Below, piece by piece: positions 1 to 8,709 of a stretch of DNA of 64,000 nucleotides. The notes beneath the pieces were generated by a model. It saw nothing but the letters and a program-made list of their open reading frames with translations, did no database searches and was not told the DNA's origin. Made by a program: the position numbers and the translations under genes. The stretch's first letter is position 1; each line of letters opens with the position of its first letter. Source of the stretch: Gemmatimonadota bacterium (GTDB lineage: Bacteria; Gemmatimonadota; Gemmatimonadetes; JACCXV01; JAHWKZ01); NCBI GenBank assembly GCA_035708865.1, contig DASTFF010000017.1:5952-69951 (forward strand). The letters are read 5' to 3'.

Positions 1-1
1 C

Positions 2-376
2 ACCGATCCCACGCTGTTCGCCCGCTGGGTCGGTCCCAACGGTACGGACCTCAGGATCCTCGAATGGGACGCCACCACCGGCGGGCGCTGGCGCTATGTC
101 GGCAGTCTTGACGGCGAGGAGTACGGCTTCCACGGCTGCTTCCACGAGGTCAGCGAGACCCGGATCGTCCAGACGTTCACCTTCGATGGTCAACCCGAGG
201 ATGTCGCGCTTGAGACGCTGTGGTTGGAGGATCTCGGCGATGGCCGCACTCGGCTGCACCTCCAGTCGCTCGTCGACAGCTTCGAGGGTCGCGACCAGTG
301 GTTGGCCAGCGGCATGGAAGTCGGCGTCGACGAGGGCTACGCCAAGCTCGACACGCTCGTCGCGGAGCAGGGATGA
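2..376 (+). CDS. SRPBCC/AHSA1 (START-like) family protein, 5'-partial
   Basis: Manual translation of frame +2 (not in ORF track): ...TDPTLFARWVGP...WDATTGGRWRY...FHGCFHEV...RIVQTFTFDG...SGMEVGVDEGYAKLD...*; TGA at 374-376. Confidence 0.85.
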   Translation, partial: TDPTLFARWVGPNGTDLRILEWDATTGGRWRYVGSLDGEEYGFHGCFHEVSETRIVQTFTFDGQPEDVALETLWLEDLGDGRTRLHLQSLVDSFEGRDQWLASGMEVGVDEGYAKLDTLVAEQG

Positions 377-461
377 GCGGCAATCCGCACCGCCCTGTTC
401 GTCTAACTGTGTCGGGCGGCGAAAGGCTGCCCGGCGAGACACACCACCACAGGAGACCGGA

Positions 462-1400
462 ATGTTCCCGAGATGGCCTGAAGCCCTTCGCGTCGCTGCG
501 GTCGGCGTCGCGTTGACGGTATCCACCATGTCCCTGCCGGTCCAGGCGCAGGATTCCCAAGGAGAAACCACCGTACAGGAGATGAGACCGACGAGCAGCG
601 GCTATGCCGGGGCCGCCGAAGGACTTGAGATTTACTACGAGGTCTATGGCGAGGGCGAACCCATCGTCGTTCTCGCCGGCGGGCTCATGCCGATCAGCAC
701 CACGGCGCAGATCACTGGGCCGCTGTCCGACACCCGCCAGGTCATCGCCATCGATCTTGAAGGCCATGGCCGCACCGGCCTGCGCGACACGCCGATGAGC
801 CCTGAAAGGAACGGCGACGACATTGCCGCGGTGCTGCGCCACCTCCGCATCGCCGAGGCCGATATCGCCGGCTACTCCTACGGTGGTGCCGCCGCGATCT
901 GGATGGCCGTCCGGCATCCGGAGATGGTGCGCAACCTGATCGTGATCTCCACCGGATTTGCTCGCGAAGGCTGGTATCCGGAGACGCAGGAAGCCATTAG
1001 CGCCGTCGGCGCGTCCCTCGCCGAGCCATTGAAGGCGACACCGATCTTCGAGGGCTACGGCCATCCCGAGCAGTTCCCCCTGTTCCTCGACCGAATGGGA
1101 GAGTTGATTAGAAAAAACTGGCATTGGCGCGAGGAGGTCCGCGCGCTGCCGATGCCGGTGCTGCTGATCTTCGCCGATCACGACTCCGTATCGATGCTGC
1201 ACATCGCCGAGTTCTTCGCGCTCTTCGGGGGCGGCGTCCGCGAGCCGGGCGTGATCGATCCGCAGTTCTCGCGCGCACGGCTGGCGATCATTCCGGGCTA
1301 TTCGCATTACAACCTCGTCCAGGCCCCGGAGGTGGCGCAGGTGATCGAGAGGTTCCTCACGCAACCCACCTCGCCGGCCACTCAGTTCGAGCCGGAATAG
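462..1400 (+). CDS. Secreted alpha/beta hydrolase
   Basis: ATG 462 after AGGAG (451-455); signal-peptide-like N-terminus; nucleophile elbow GYSYGG, IDLEGHGRT, C-terminal His (YSHY). The ORF-track start at 96 is a GC-rich upstream extension. Confidence 0.85.
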   Translation: MFPRWPEALRVAAVGVALTVSTMSLPVQAQDSQGETTVQEMRPTSSGYAGAAEGLEIYYEVYGEGEPIVVLAGGLMPISTTAQITGPLSDTRQVIAIDLEGHGRTGLRDTPMSPERNGDDIAAVLRHLRIAEADIAGYSYGGAAAIWMAVRHPEMVRNLIVISTGFAREGWYPETQEAISAVGASLAEPLKATPIFEGYGHPEQFPLFLDRMGELIRKNWHWREEVRALPMPVLLIFADHDSVSMLHIAEFFALFGGGVREPGVIDPQFSRARLAIIPGYSHYNLVQAPEVAQVIERFLTQPTSPATQFEPE

Positions 1401-1422
1401 TTTTGCGCCACAAGCCCACGGC

Positions 1423-1574
1423 ATGAGCAAGACAGTCATTTTCATCAGCACCTCGGTCGACGGATTAATCCGCGCCGCCGGCGCAACCCCCGACGAGCCA
1501 CTGGGCAAGGGGGCGAGCGTCTGCACCACTGGGTGTTCAACGAGACCGATGAGGGCCGCGCGGATGCCGCTTGA
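1423..1574 (+). pseudogene. DHFR/RibD C-terminal-family fragment, frameshifted and truncated
   Basis: MSKTVIFISTSVDGLI..PDEPLGKG, then after the G5 run (1509-1513) the other frame reads GERLHHWVFNETDEGRADAA* (TGA 1572-1574), the expected family continuation. Confidence 0.7.
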
Positions 1575-1686
1575 ATGCCCAGGATGTCTCTTACGGGGTC
1601 ACTCCGTCGCGCCCATTTCGGGGGGGTGCGGTCCTGATCAGCATCTCCATGCTCGCGGGCTGAAGACCCTAAGTCCGGCTGCCCCA

Positions 1687-1887
1687 GCCGCGCAGTCGAA
1701 TCGCGTCCAGAGGCCCGTCTACCACATCGCGCTCTCCTTCGACCCCGAGAAAGAGGTCGATCGGGAGACCATGATCCGCGTGGCCGACCGACTCCTCGCC
1801 GACCTGGAGCTGACCGAGCACCAGGCGCTCATCGTGGCACACGGCGACACCCGCCATGCCCACGTCCACCTGATGGTGAACCGGGTC
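1687..1887 (+). pseudogene. MOBP-type relaxase/mobilization nuclease internal fragment
   Basis: AAQSNRVQRPVYHIALSFDP (motif II) ... LIVAHGDTRHAHVHLMVNRV (3H motif III). No motif I tyrosine region and no C-terminal part. Confidence 0.8.
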
Positions 1888-2137
1888 CCGCCCCGACCAC
1901 TTCCAAGCCACCCGCTTCGGCCGGCCGGAGCAGGTAAGCGGCTGCGACCACGAATCCTGGTCGTATAGCCGCCAGCGCAGAACGCGAGGACGGACGCCTC
2001 GGCCGTGGCGCGCCGAGCCCCCCATCGGACTCCGGAAGCGCTGACGGTCGGCACCTCTCCGAGTGGACTTTGGATCTCACGCGGAAGGCTTGGTCAGCTT
2101 GACCCCGATGGTGGGGCCGGAACCTTCCGTGGACCCG

Positions 2138-2166
2138 TTGACAAGCCAACCCCGGTCTGCCATGCT
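2138..2166 (+). promoter_or_regulatory. Sigma70-type promoter candidate for the epoxide hydrolase gene
   Basis: TTGACA (2138-2143), 17-nt spacer ending in TGc, CATGCT (2161-2166). Confidence 0.6.
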
Positions 2167-2237
2167 CGCCAGGCACTCGCGCCGTACGACCGTCCCCGAT
2201 AGGGAAAGATCGTCGCAGCCTCAGAACGGAGGTCGTC

Positions 2238-3440
2238 ATGGGTATAGCCGCCGAGATCGGCGCCGACGTACGTGCTTTCCAGGTCGAGATTTCGGAAGAG
2301 GAGCTCACTGAGATGCGACGCCGGGTCCAGGCGACGCGCTGGCCATCCAAAGAGCTCGTCGCAGACCGTTCCCAGGGCGTGCAGCTGGCGACGCTGCAAG
2401 AGCTCGCCCGCTACTGGATGACCGACTATGACTGGCGGGCGTGCGAGGCACGTCTGAACGCCCTGCCGCAGTTCACGACCGAGATCGACGGCGTCGAGAT
2501 CCATTTCATCCACGTCAGATCGCGGCATGAGGACGCGCTGCCGCTGATCATGACTCATGGTTGGCCGGGCTCGGTCATCGAGATGCTCGAGACCGTCGGC
2601 CCGCTGACCGACCCGGCTGCTCACGGCGGCACGCCCGAGGACGCATTCCACCTGGTGCTGCCGTCCCTGCCTGGCTACGGGTTCTCGGGCGAGCCCACCG
2701 AGCTGGGATGGGAGTCCGGCCGCATCGCACGCGCGTGGGCGGAGCTGATGGATCGCCTCGGCTACACGCGCTACGTGGCGCAGGGTGGTGACGTGGGCGC
2801 CCTCGTCACCGATGTGATGGCCCGCCAGGCGCCCGACGGGCTCATCGGCATCCACGTCAGCTTGCTCGCGGCGGCGCCGTTCATCGTCGATCTCCTGCCG
2901 GCGGAAACCGAACAGGAACGCGCGGCGCACCAGGCGCTCGCGTCGTTCACGACAGATGGCTTCGGCTACTTCCAGGAGCAGGTCACGCGGCCGCAGACAA
3001 TCGGCTACGCCCTGCTGGACTCACCCATCGGGCTGGCGGCCTGGATGCTCGACCACGACACGGACAGCTACTACAAGATCTCCCGCGCGTTCGTCGACGG
3101 TGAGCCCGTGGGCAACCTCACCCGGGACCACATCCTCGACAACATCTCGTTGTACTGGCTGAGGGGCATCGGCGCCTCCGCCGCCCGCTGGTACTGGGAG
3201 ACCGGGCGGGCTCAGGCCGCGGCGCGCGCCGCGGGTCAGGCTCCTCCGGACATTTCGGTTCCGGTCGGCTTCACGGCGTTTCCGGGCGAGATCTTCCCGG
3301 CCCCGCGCAGCTGGGTCGAGACGGCCTACCCGGGCCTCGCCTACTTCAATGAGGTCGACAGAGGCGGCCACTTCGCCGCCTGGGAGGATCCGGAGCTCTT
3401 CTCCACAGAGGTCCGGGCGGCGTTCGAGTTGCTACGGTAA
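2238..3440 (+). CDS. Epoxide hydrolase (EHN domain + alpha/beta hydrolase)
   Basis: GGAGG RBS; RWP..YW..YDWR N-domain, HGWPGS oxyanion motif, QGGDVG nucleophile Asp, GGHFAAWE His. Confidence 0.92.
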   Translation: MGIAAEIGADVRAFQVEISEEELTEMRRRVQATRWPSKELVADRSQGVQLATLQELARYWMTDYDWRACEARLNALPQFTTEIDGVEIHFIHVRSRHEDALPLIMTHGWPGSVIEMLETVGPLTDPAAHGGTPEDAFHLVLPSLPGYGFSGEPTELGWESGRIARAWAELMDRLGYTRYVAQGGDVGALVTDVMARQAPDGLIGIHVSLLAAAPFIVDLLPAETEQERAAHQALASFTTDGFGYFQEQVTRPQTIGYALLDSPIGLAAWMLDHDTDSYYKISRAFVDGEPVGNLTRDHILDNISLYWLRGIGASAARWYWETGRAQAAARAAGQAPPDISVPVGFTAFPGEIFPAPRSWVETAYPGLAYFNEVDRGGHFAAWEDPELFSTEVRAAFELLR

Positions 3441-3461
3441 CGCAACCGCAAGTAGGAGCCC

Positions 3462-3860
3462 ATGAAGACAACGCAGATCACGATCGTGGCGGTTCTGGTG
3501 CTCGTCGCTCTGGCCCCGGAGGTGTCGCGGGCCCAGCAACCCGGGACGAAACGCACCGAGCTCCAACGGCACGATCTCAGCGTGCCCGGGCGCGAGGTCA
3601 TCCAGGTGGTCGTCGAGCTCGATCCCGGAGTAACGTTCGGCGACCACTCGCATCCGGGCGAAGAGATCGTCTATGTCCTCGAGGGCGCGCTGGAGTATCA
3701 GCTGGACGGCCAGGAGCCGGTGACGCTCAAGGCCGGCGACGTCCTGTTTATTCCGGCGGGAACTGTCCACTCGGCGAAGAACGTCGGCCCGGGAACGGGA
3801 GCTGAGCTCGCCACGTATATCGTCGAGAAAGGAAGGCCGCTCGTTGTGATGGACGAGTGA
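3462..3860 (+). CDS. Secreted cupin domain protein
   Basis: AGGAG RBS; signal peptide; HSHPGEE..YVLEG and FIPAGTVH cupin motifs. Confidence 0.9.
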   Translation: MKTTQITIVAVLVLVALAPEVSRAQQPGTKRTELQRHDLSVPGREVIQVVVELDPGVTFGDHSHPGEEIVYVLEGALEYQLDGQEPVTLKAGDVLFIPAGTVHSAKNVGPGTGAELATYIVEKGRPLVVMDE

Positions 3861-4146
3861 TCGCTACCGCGCCCGCCGCGACCCTGGAGCACGGTCGAGC
3901 CGGCGCGCTACGCGCCCGGATCGTCGTCCTCGGCGGCGGGGTCGGGGGACTCGCCGCTGCACGTCATCTCGAGCGGCTAGTCGGCCGGCGGCACGATGTC
4001 GACGTCACGCTCGTAACCCGCGCCAACTTCTTCCTCCTCAGCCCGCTTCTCTTCGAGGCCTGCTCCGGGGTGCTCGAGCTTCGCATTGCGCGCAGCCGAT
4101 CCGCGCTCGACTGGAAGTGGCGGCCCACGATTCGCTCGTAAGATAA
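3857..4146 (+). pseudogene. NAD(P)/FAD-dependent oxidoreductase (NDH-2-like) N-terminal fragment
   Basis: RIVVLGGGVGG Rossmann motif and LSPLLFEACSG; stop after about 95 aa. From 4084 the -1 frame reads HCAQPIRA before TAA 4144-4146. A full enzyme would be about 400 aa. Confidence 0.75.
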
Positions 4147-4188
4147 GACCCCCTTGTTGAGTGCTTCGCAATCGGCGAGACTCCGTAC

Positions 4189-4662
4189 ATGGAGGCTCAT
4201 CCGGGAGTCCCCGTTCGCGCCGTCGGCATCAACCACGTCGCAATCGAGGTGGGAGACCTGGATGAGGCCCTCTTGTTCTACGGCCGGATCTTCGAGATCC
4301 GCCTGCGCGGCCGGTCGCGCGGCATGGCGTTCGTCGACCTCGGGGACCAGTTCATCGCGGTTTCCGAAGGGCGGGAGCAGGCGCCGGACACGCACCGCCA
4401 CTTCGGGCTCGTCGTGGACGACAAGGAACGGGCGCGTCGCGCCGCCGAGGCGGCGGGGGCGACGATCCTGCCGGGACGCGGGCTCGACTTCCTGGACCCG
4501 TGGGGGAACCACGTCCAGGTCGTCCAGTACGACCAGATCCAGTTCACGAAGGCCCCGCACGTCCTCCGTGGCATGGGGCTCGAGCTGGGGAAGACCGAGG
4601 CCGCGCTCGGCGAGCTCGCGGCGAAAGGAATGGCGCCCGACCGTCAGGAGCGGGCCTGCTAG
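4189..4662 (+). CDS. VOC/glyoxalase family protein
   Basis: GINHVAIEV, FY..IF, HFGLVVDD, FLDPWGNHVQV. Confidence 0.88.
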   Translation: MEAHPGVPVRAVGINHVAIEVGDLDEALLFYGRIFEIRLRGRSRGMAFVDLGDQFIAVSEGREQAPDTHRHFGLVVDDKERARRAAEAAGATILPGRGLDFLDPWGNHVQVVQYDQIQFTKAPHVLRGMGLELGKTEAALGELAAKGMAPDRQERAC

Positions 4663-4790
4663 CCGCAGGTTGGTTACTCCCTCCGTGGTGACGGGGTTGC
4701 GACATCCCGCCACAGGCGACAGATATGGGGTTCACCGAACCGGAAACAAGCACCGACAACCTACGCCCCCCGTAGAAGGAGCAAGGAGCC

Positions 4791-5300
4791 GTGGCCATCT
4801 GGAAGGAGTCCACCCCGGCTAGCAAGGAGTCGATCCCGGTGTCTCGCGAAGCCGCCATCCCCAAGGAGGAACGGCCGTCCGTCGGCGGATCGGCGGCCCC
4901 GGCCGTCCCCAGCCGGGAGAAGCGACGCGAGCCCGCCGAGTCCGTCATCGCCGCCGATCTCACCATCGAGGGCAAGATCGAGGGGTCGGGACACGTGCGC
5001 CTGGTCGGGAAGTTCAACGGCGACGTGAATGTCGAGGGCGATCTCACGATCGAGCCGGGCGCCAAGGTCACCGGCAGCGTGCGCGCCGCGAAGGTCACCA
5101 TCGGGGGCGAGCTGGACGGCAACATCGAAGCCGCCTCCAGCGTCGAGCTCCTCAAGTCCGGTGTCCTGAACGGCGACCTCAAGGCGGGATCGCTGACGGT
5201 GGTCGCGGGATCGCGGATGCGCGGACAAGCCGACTTCGGCTGGGAGGAGAAGGATGTGCGGACGCCGCGGATGAAGGTGGAATCCGGCTCGACCGCATGA
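4791..5300 (+). CDS. Bactofilin (polymer-forming cytoskeletal protein)
   Basis: AAGGAG RBS, GTG start; SVIAADLTIEGKIEGSGHVRLVGKFNGDV beta-helix repeats; disordered N-terminal tail. Confidence 0.92.
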   Translation: MAIWKESTPASKESIPVSREAAIPKEERPSVGGSAAPAVPSREKRREPAESVIAADLTIEGKIEGSGHVRLVGKFNGDVNVEGDLTIEPGAKVTGSVRAAKVTIGGELDGNIEAASSVELLKSGVLNGDLKAGSLTVVAGSRMRGQADFGWEEKDVRTPRMKVESGSTA

Positions 5301-5656
5301 GCAGAGTCAAGACGATCCCCGGACAGGCGCGGACGTGCCCGATCTGCAAGGCCACGATCCTGGAAAGCGCGAGCGTCTGTCCGGGCTGTCAGCATCACCT
5401 GCGGTTCGATCCCAAGTCGACGCGCCGCACGTGGACCAGTGCGTGCCCGCTGCGGGTCGAGGGCACGCTTCGCCACCGGACCGGCGGCGAGCCCTGGGAG
5501 TATTCGGTCGTGCTGGCGATCCGTGACGAGAAGGGGGAGGAGATCGCCCGCCAGGTGGTCGGTGTGGGCGCGCTGAAGTCGGGCGAGGAGCGGACCTTCA
5601 CGCTGTCGGTCGAGGTGCTGACGCCGGCGGCGCCGGAACCGGTCGAGACCGACTGA
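5297..5656 (+). CDS. Hypothetical protein: CxxC..CxxC zinc ribbon plus small beta-sandwich domain
   Basis: CPIC..CPGC; C-terminal VEGTLR..IRDEKGEEI..LKSGEERTF resembles FxLYD-type Ig-like domains; ATGA overlap with bactofilin. Confidence 0.75.
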   Translation: MSRVKTIPGQARTCPICKATILESASVCPGCQHHLRFDPKSTRRTWTSACPLRVEGTLRHRTGGEPWEYSVVLAIRDEKGEEIARQVVGVGALKSGEERTFTLSVEVLTPAAPEPVETD

Positions 5657-5707
5657 GACGGTCCGTGACGCACCCCGGCCTCGAGCGCCTGTAACGGACC
5701 CGGCCTG

Positions 5708-7411
5708 GTGGCGCGGAGTGCCGCCGCTGCGCTGCGTGAGCTGAAGTCGCTGAAAGATGCTTTCGGAAAGCCCGCCGCGGCCCGGAAGCTGGAGCTCCTC
5801 GGCGCGCTGGAAGGCTCGGCGCTGGCGACCGCCCGGCAGGTTGCGGACCTGCACGACCTCCTCTGCTACTGGCGAGCCTATCCGGATGGCAACGCGACCT
5901 TGGCCGTGGTCGAGCGGATGCTGGGTGGGTTCGATCGCCGCCCGGACCTGCGCCGTTTTCGGCGCGAGCTCGACGACAGCGGCATCGCCGGCACGGCGCT
6001 CCACTTCCCGTTCTTCTGGCCGATGGCCGTTCGCATCCTGGAGCGGTGGCCCGACCGGATCGCCGTCGACTGGACGGGTTTCGGGAAGGCCCCGGAGCTG
6101 GAGAAGGCCCTTCACCTGCTGGTTCCGTACGCCGAGACCGTCGCTCTCGACGGCACGCGTCTGCCGCCGAAGAGATGGCTCCAGCTCCTCAAGGGTCCGG
6201 GGGAAACCGACGCCGCCTTCCTGATCCGGCGCTTTGCCGCCCTGCCGGCCGCCGCGCCGGTCACCGAGCGGCTTTACGACTCGCTCGACGTTCCGATCCG
6301 CCTCTCGCCCGGGCCCGACACGCCCGCCCGGACGCGCGAGAAGTGGGCGCCGGCCCGGGTGGTCTTCCAGAAACGGACTCCGAGCCGGACCAGGCCTGCC
6401 CTCAGGCAGGCCGTTCGCCGCGTCCGCTTCGAGGTCCGGAGCCTGTCGCCCCGGGAAGGCGCGACGCTGATCGAGCTCGCCAACGCGGCCATGGTGCCGC
6501 GCCACCGGGACCTCCTGGTCTTCCTCCACGGCGACGAGCGGGACGTCCGCCTGGTCGATTTCGGCGACGGCCTGCAGTTCGCGATGATCGGGGCGAAGCC
6601 CGCGCACCGGCTCGTCCTGGAGGCGGTGTACGGGTTCCTCACGCTCCGCAATGGCGTTCCGGTCGGCTATCTGCTGAACAGCGCGCTGTTCGGATCATGC
6701 GAGCTCGCATACAACGTCTTCGAGACGTTCCGCGGCGCCGAGACGGCCCGAATCTACGGCCGGTTCGTAGCCGCGGTCAGCCGGCTCTTCGGCGCCGACC
6801 ACTTCACCATCGACCCCTACCAGCTGGGGCTAGGGAATCAGGAGGGGCTGCGGTCGGGGGCGTGGTGGTTCTATTACAAGCTCGGGTTCCGGCCGCGAAC
6901 CCCGGAGGCGCGGGCCCTGGTGCGCGAGGAGCTGGCCATGATCCGAGCCGACCGTTCGCACCGAACCAGTTGGCGCCGGCTGAAACGCCTGGCGGCGGCC
7001 AACTTGTTCTACGAGCTGGGTCGTCCGCGGCCGGACGTCCTCGGCCGGGTCGCGACGGCCAACGTAGGGCTCCGGGTCAGCGGCTATCTCACTGAGCGGT
7101 TCGGGTCGGACCGGGAGCGGGGGGTCCGGACGTGCTCCGTCGAGGCCGCTCGGCTTTTGGGCGTCCGGGACGTGCGCCGGCTCTCGGCCGACGAGCGGAC
7201 GGCATGGGCGCGGTGGAGCCCGCTGGTCCTGATCCTGCCGGGGATCGAGCGTTGGTCGGCCGCGGACCGGCGTGCGCTGGTCTCCGTCATCCGCGCCAAG
7301 GCCGGACGAAGGGAATCGGACTACGTGCGCCTCTTCGACCGCCATCGCCGGCTGCGCCGCGCGATCCTCGATCTCGCCGAGGCGCCGCCTGGGAAACCTT
7401 CCGACCGGTGA
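5708..7411 (+). CDS. Hypothetical protein (567 aa) with a GNAT-like central segment
   Basis: Long ORF with natural residue composition; VPVGY..ELAYNVFETFRG..GNQEGLRSGAWWFYYKLGF resembles GNAT motifs A/B. Confidence 0.75.
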   Translation: MARSAAAALRELKSLKDAFGKPAAARKLELLGALEGSALATARQVADLHDLLCYWRAYPDGNATLAVVERMLGGFDRRPDLRRFRRELDDSGIAGTALHFPFFWPMAVRILERWPDRIAVDWTGFGKAPELEKALHLLVPYAETVALDGTRLPPKRWLQLLKGPGETDAAFLIRRFAALPAAAPVTERLYDSLDVPIRLSPGPDTPARTREKWAPARVVFQKRTPSRTRPALRQAVRRVRFEVRSLSPREGATLIELANAAMVPRHRDLLVFLHGDERDVRLVDFGDGLQFAMIGAKPAHRLVLEAVYGFLTLRNGVPVGYLLNSALFGSCELAYNVFETFRGAETARIYGRFVAAVSRLFGADHFTIDPYQLGLGNQEGLRSGAWWFYYKLGFRPRTPEARALVREELAMIRADRSHRTSWRRLKRLAAANLFYELGRPRPDVLGRVATANVGLRVSGYLTERFGSDRERGVRTCSVEAARLLGVRDVRRLSADERTAWARWSPLVLILPGIERWSAADRRALVSVIRAKAGRRESDYVRLFDRHRRLRRAILDLAEAPPGKPSDR

Positions 7412-8709
7412 GCAGGGATCCGGACCGCTGGTGGCGGTCGCGCGCCGCCCGTCGAACACTCTTCGTGCTTCTGGCCGTGGTCATCGCGTTCCTGTGGTGG
7501 AACGCGGTCCGGCGGGGGATGGCCGGGCGCTCCAGCCAGATCGACAACTTCATCGACTTCGGCCGCGACCTGTTCGTCGGGCGGATCAACGTCTACGAGA
7601 CCTACGAGCCCAGCGACACCATCACCAAGTACCCGCCGTTCTTCGGGGTCCTGTTCCTGCCGCTGGTCTTTTTGCCGATGGCGATCGCCGTGTCGCTCTG
7701 GTTCTGGCTCAACCTGGTCCTCTCGGTGGTTGCGGTGTGGTTCGCCGTCCAGGTCGTCCACCGGCCCGGGGAGGCTGCCCGCACCCGGGGGCGGCTCTGG
7801 GTGCCGTACGTGATGGCGGCCGGGCTGGTGATCTCCAACCTGGAGACCGGGCAGGTCAACCTCGTGATCATCGCGCTGCTGTACGGGGCCCTGTTCGTGC
7901 ACACGAGGGGCCGCGACTGGCAGGGCGGCTTCACGCTCGGGATCGCGACCGCCCTCAAGCTCACGCCCGGCCTGTTCGTCCCATACTTCATGCTCAAGCG
8001 GGAGTGGACGATGGTGGCCGGAACGGTCGTCGGAATCGCGGTCGCATGGGTCGCCGTCCCGATCGCCCTCCTGGGATGGACGGCCTTCCTGGACGTCCAC
8101 GCCGCGTGGCTGGAGAAGATCGTGCCGTTCCTGGCGGACGGGACCGCCGCCGAAGGGCCGGGCGGGTTCCGGCACACGAACCAGAGCCTGTCGGCGGTCC
8201 TGCACAGGACGCTCACCCGGACCCCGGCCGGCGGGGGGCGAGGCGCGTTCTACGTCAACGTCGTCGCGCTCACCCCGGCCACCGTGACCATCCTGGTAAG
8301 GCTCGTCAGCGTCGCCATCCTGGCCGGACTGGGATGGCTCTGCCGGCCCGGCCGGGGGGAGCGCGGCCACCCCGAGTTCGGGCTCGAGTGCGCGCTGGTC
8401 ATGGTCGCCGCGCTCCTGATCAGCCCGATCTCGTGGATCAACCATTACGTGGGGCTCCTCTTTCCGTACGTCGTGGCGGTCCATTATGTCGGCACGCGTC
8501 CGGCGACCCTTCCCGGGCGCCGTTTCCTGGCCGTCGCCACGATTGTGTCGTTCCTGTTGCTGATGACCTCGGTCTCGATCCTCCCCCAGGCGTTCTCGCT
8601 GCCGTTCCTGGGCGCGGTCGTCCTGGCCGCCGGGCTCGCCGTCGCGCTGATCCGCGAGCGCGCCGGGGTGGTGGACCGCGTGCCGATCCGCGAGACTCGA
8701 GCCCCATGA
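7408..8709 (+). CDS. Glycosyltransferase family 87 (DUF2029) membrane protein
   Basis: GTG 7408 overlaps the upstream stop; KYPPFF, ETGQVN, LKLTP, TNQSL, SPISWINHY; many TM helices. Confidence 0.88.
   Translation: MSRDPDRWWRSRAARRTLFVLLAVVIAFLWWNAVRRGMAGRSSQIDNFIDFGRDLFVGRINVYETYEPSDTITKYPPFFGVLFLPLVFLPMAIAVSLWFWLNLVLSVVAVWFAVQVVHRPGEAARTRGRLWVPYVMAAGLVISNLETGQVNLVIIALLYGALFVHTRGRDWQGGFTLGIATALKLTPGLFVPYFMLKREWTMVAGTVVGIAVAWVAVPIALLGWTAFLDVHAAWLEKIVPFLADGTAAEGPGGFRHTNQSLSAVLHRTLTRTPAGGGRGAFYVNVVALTPATVTILVRLVSVAILAGLGWLCRPGRGERGHPEFGLECALVMVAALLISPISWINHYVGLLFPYVVAVHYVGTRPATLPGRRFLAVATIVSFLLLMTSVSILPQAFSLPFLGAVVLAAGLAVALIRERAGVVDRVPIRETRAP

Noticed and set aside
96-461. N-terminal extension of the hydrolase ORF given in the track
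   Set aside because: Overlaps the real SRPBCC gene in another frame; the SD supports ATG 462.
4189-4662. VOC protein as the methylmalonyl-CoA epimerase for the mutase
   Set aside because: 48 kb away in the accessory patch and lacks the full epimerase metal-ligand pattern.
4685-4775. Weak hairpins upstream of bactofilin (GTGG..CCAC; CTACG-CCCCC-CGTAG) as a possible riboswitch
   Set aside because: Short, bulged stems with no recognisable aptamer consensus.
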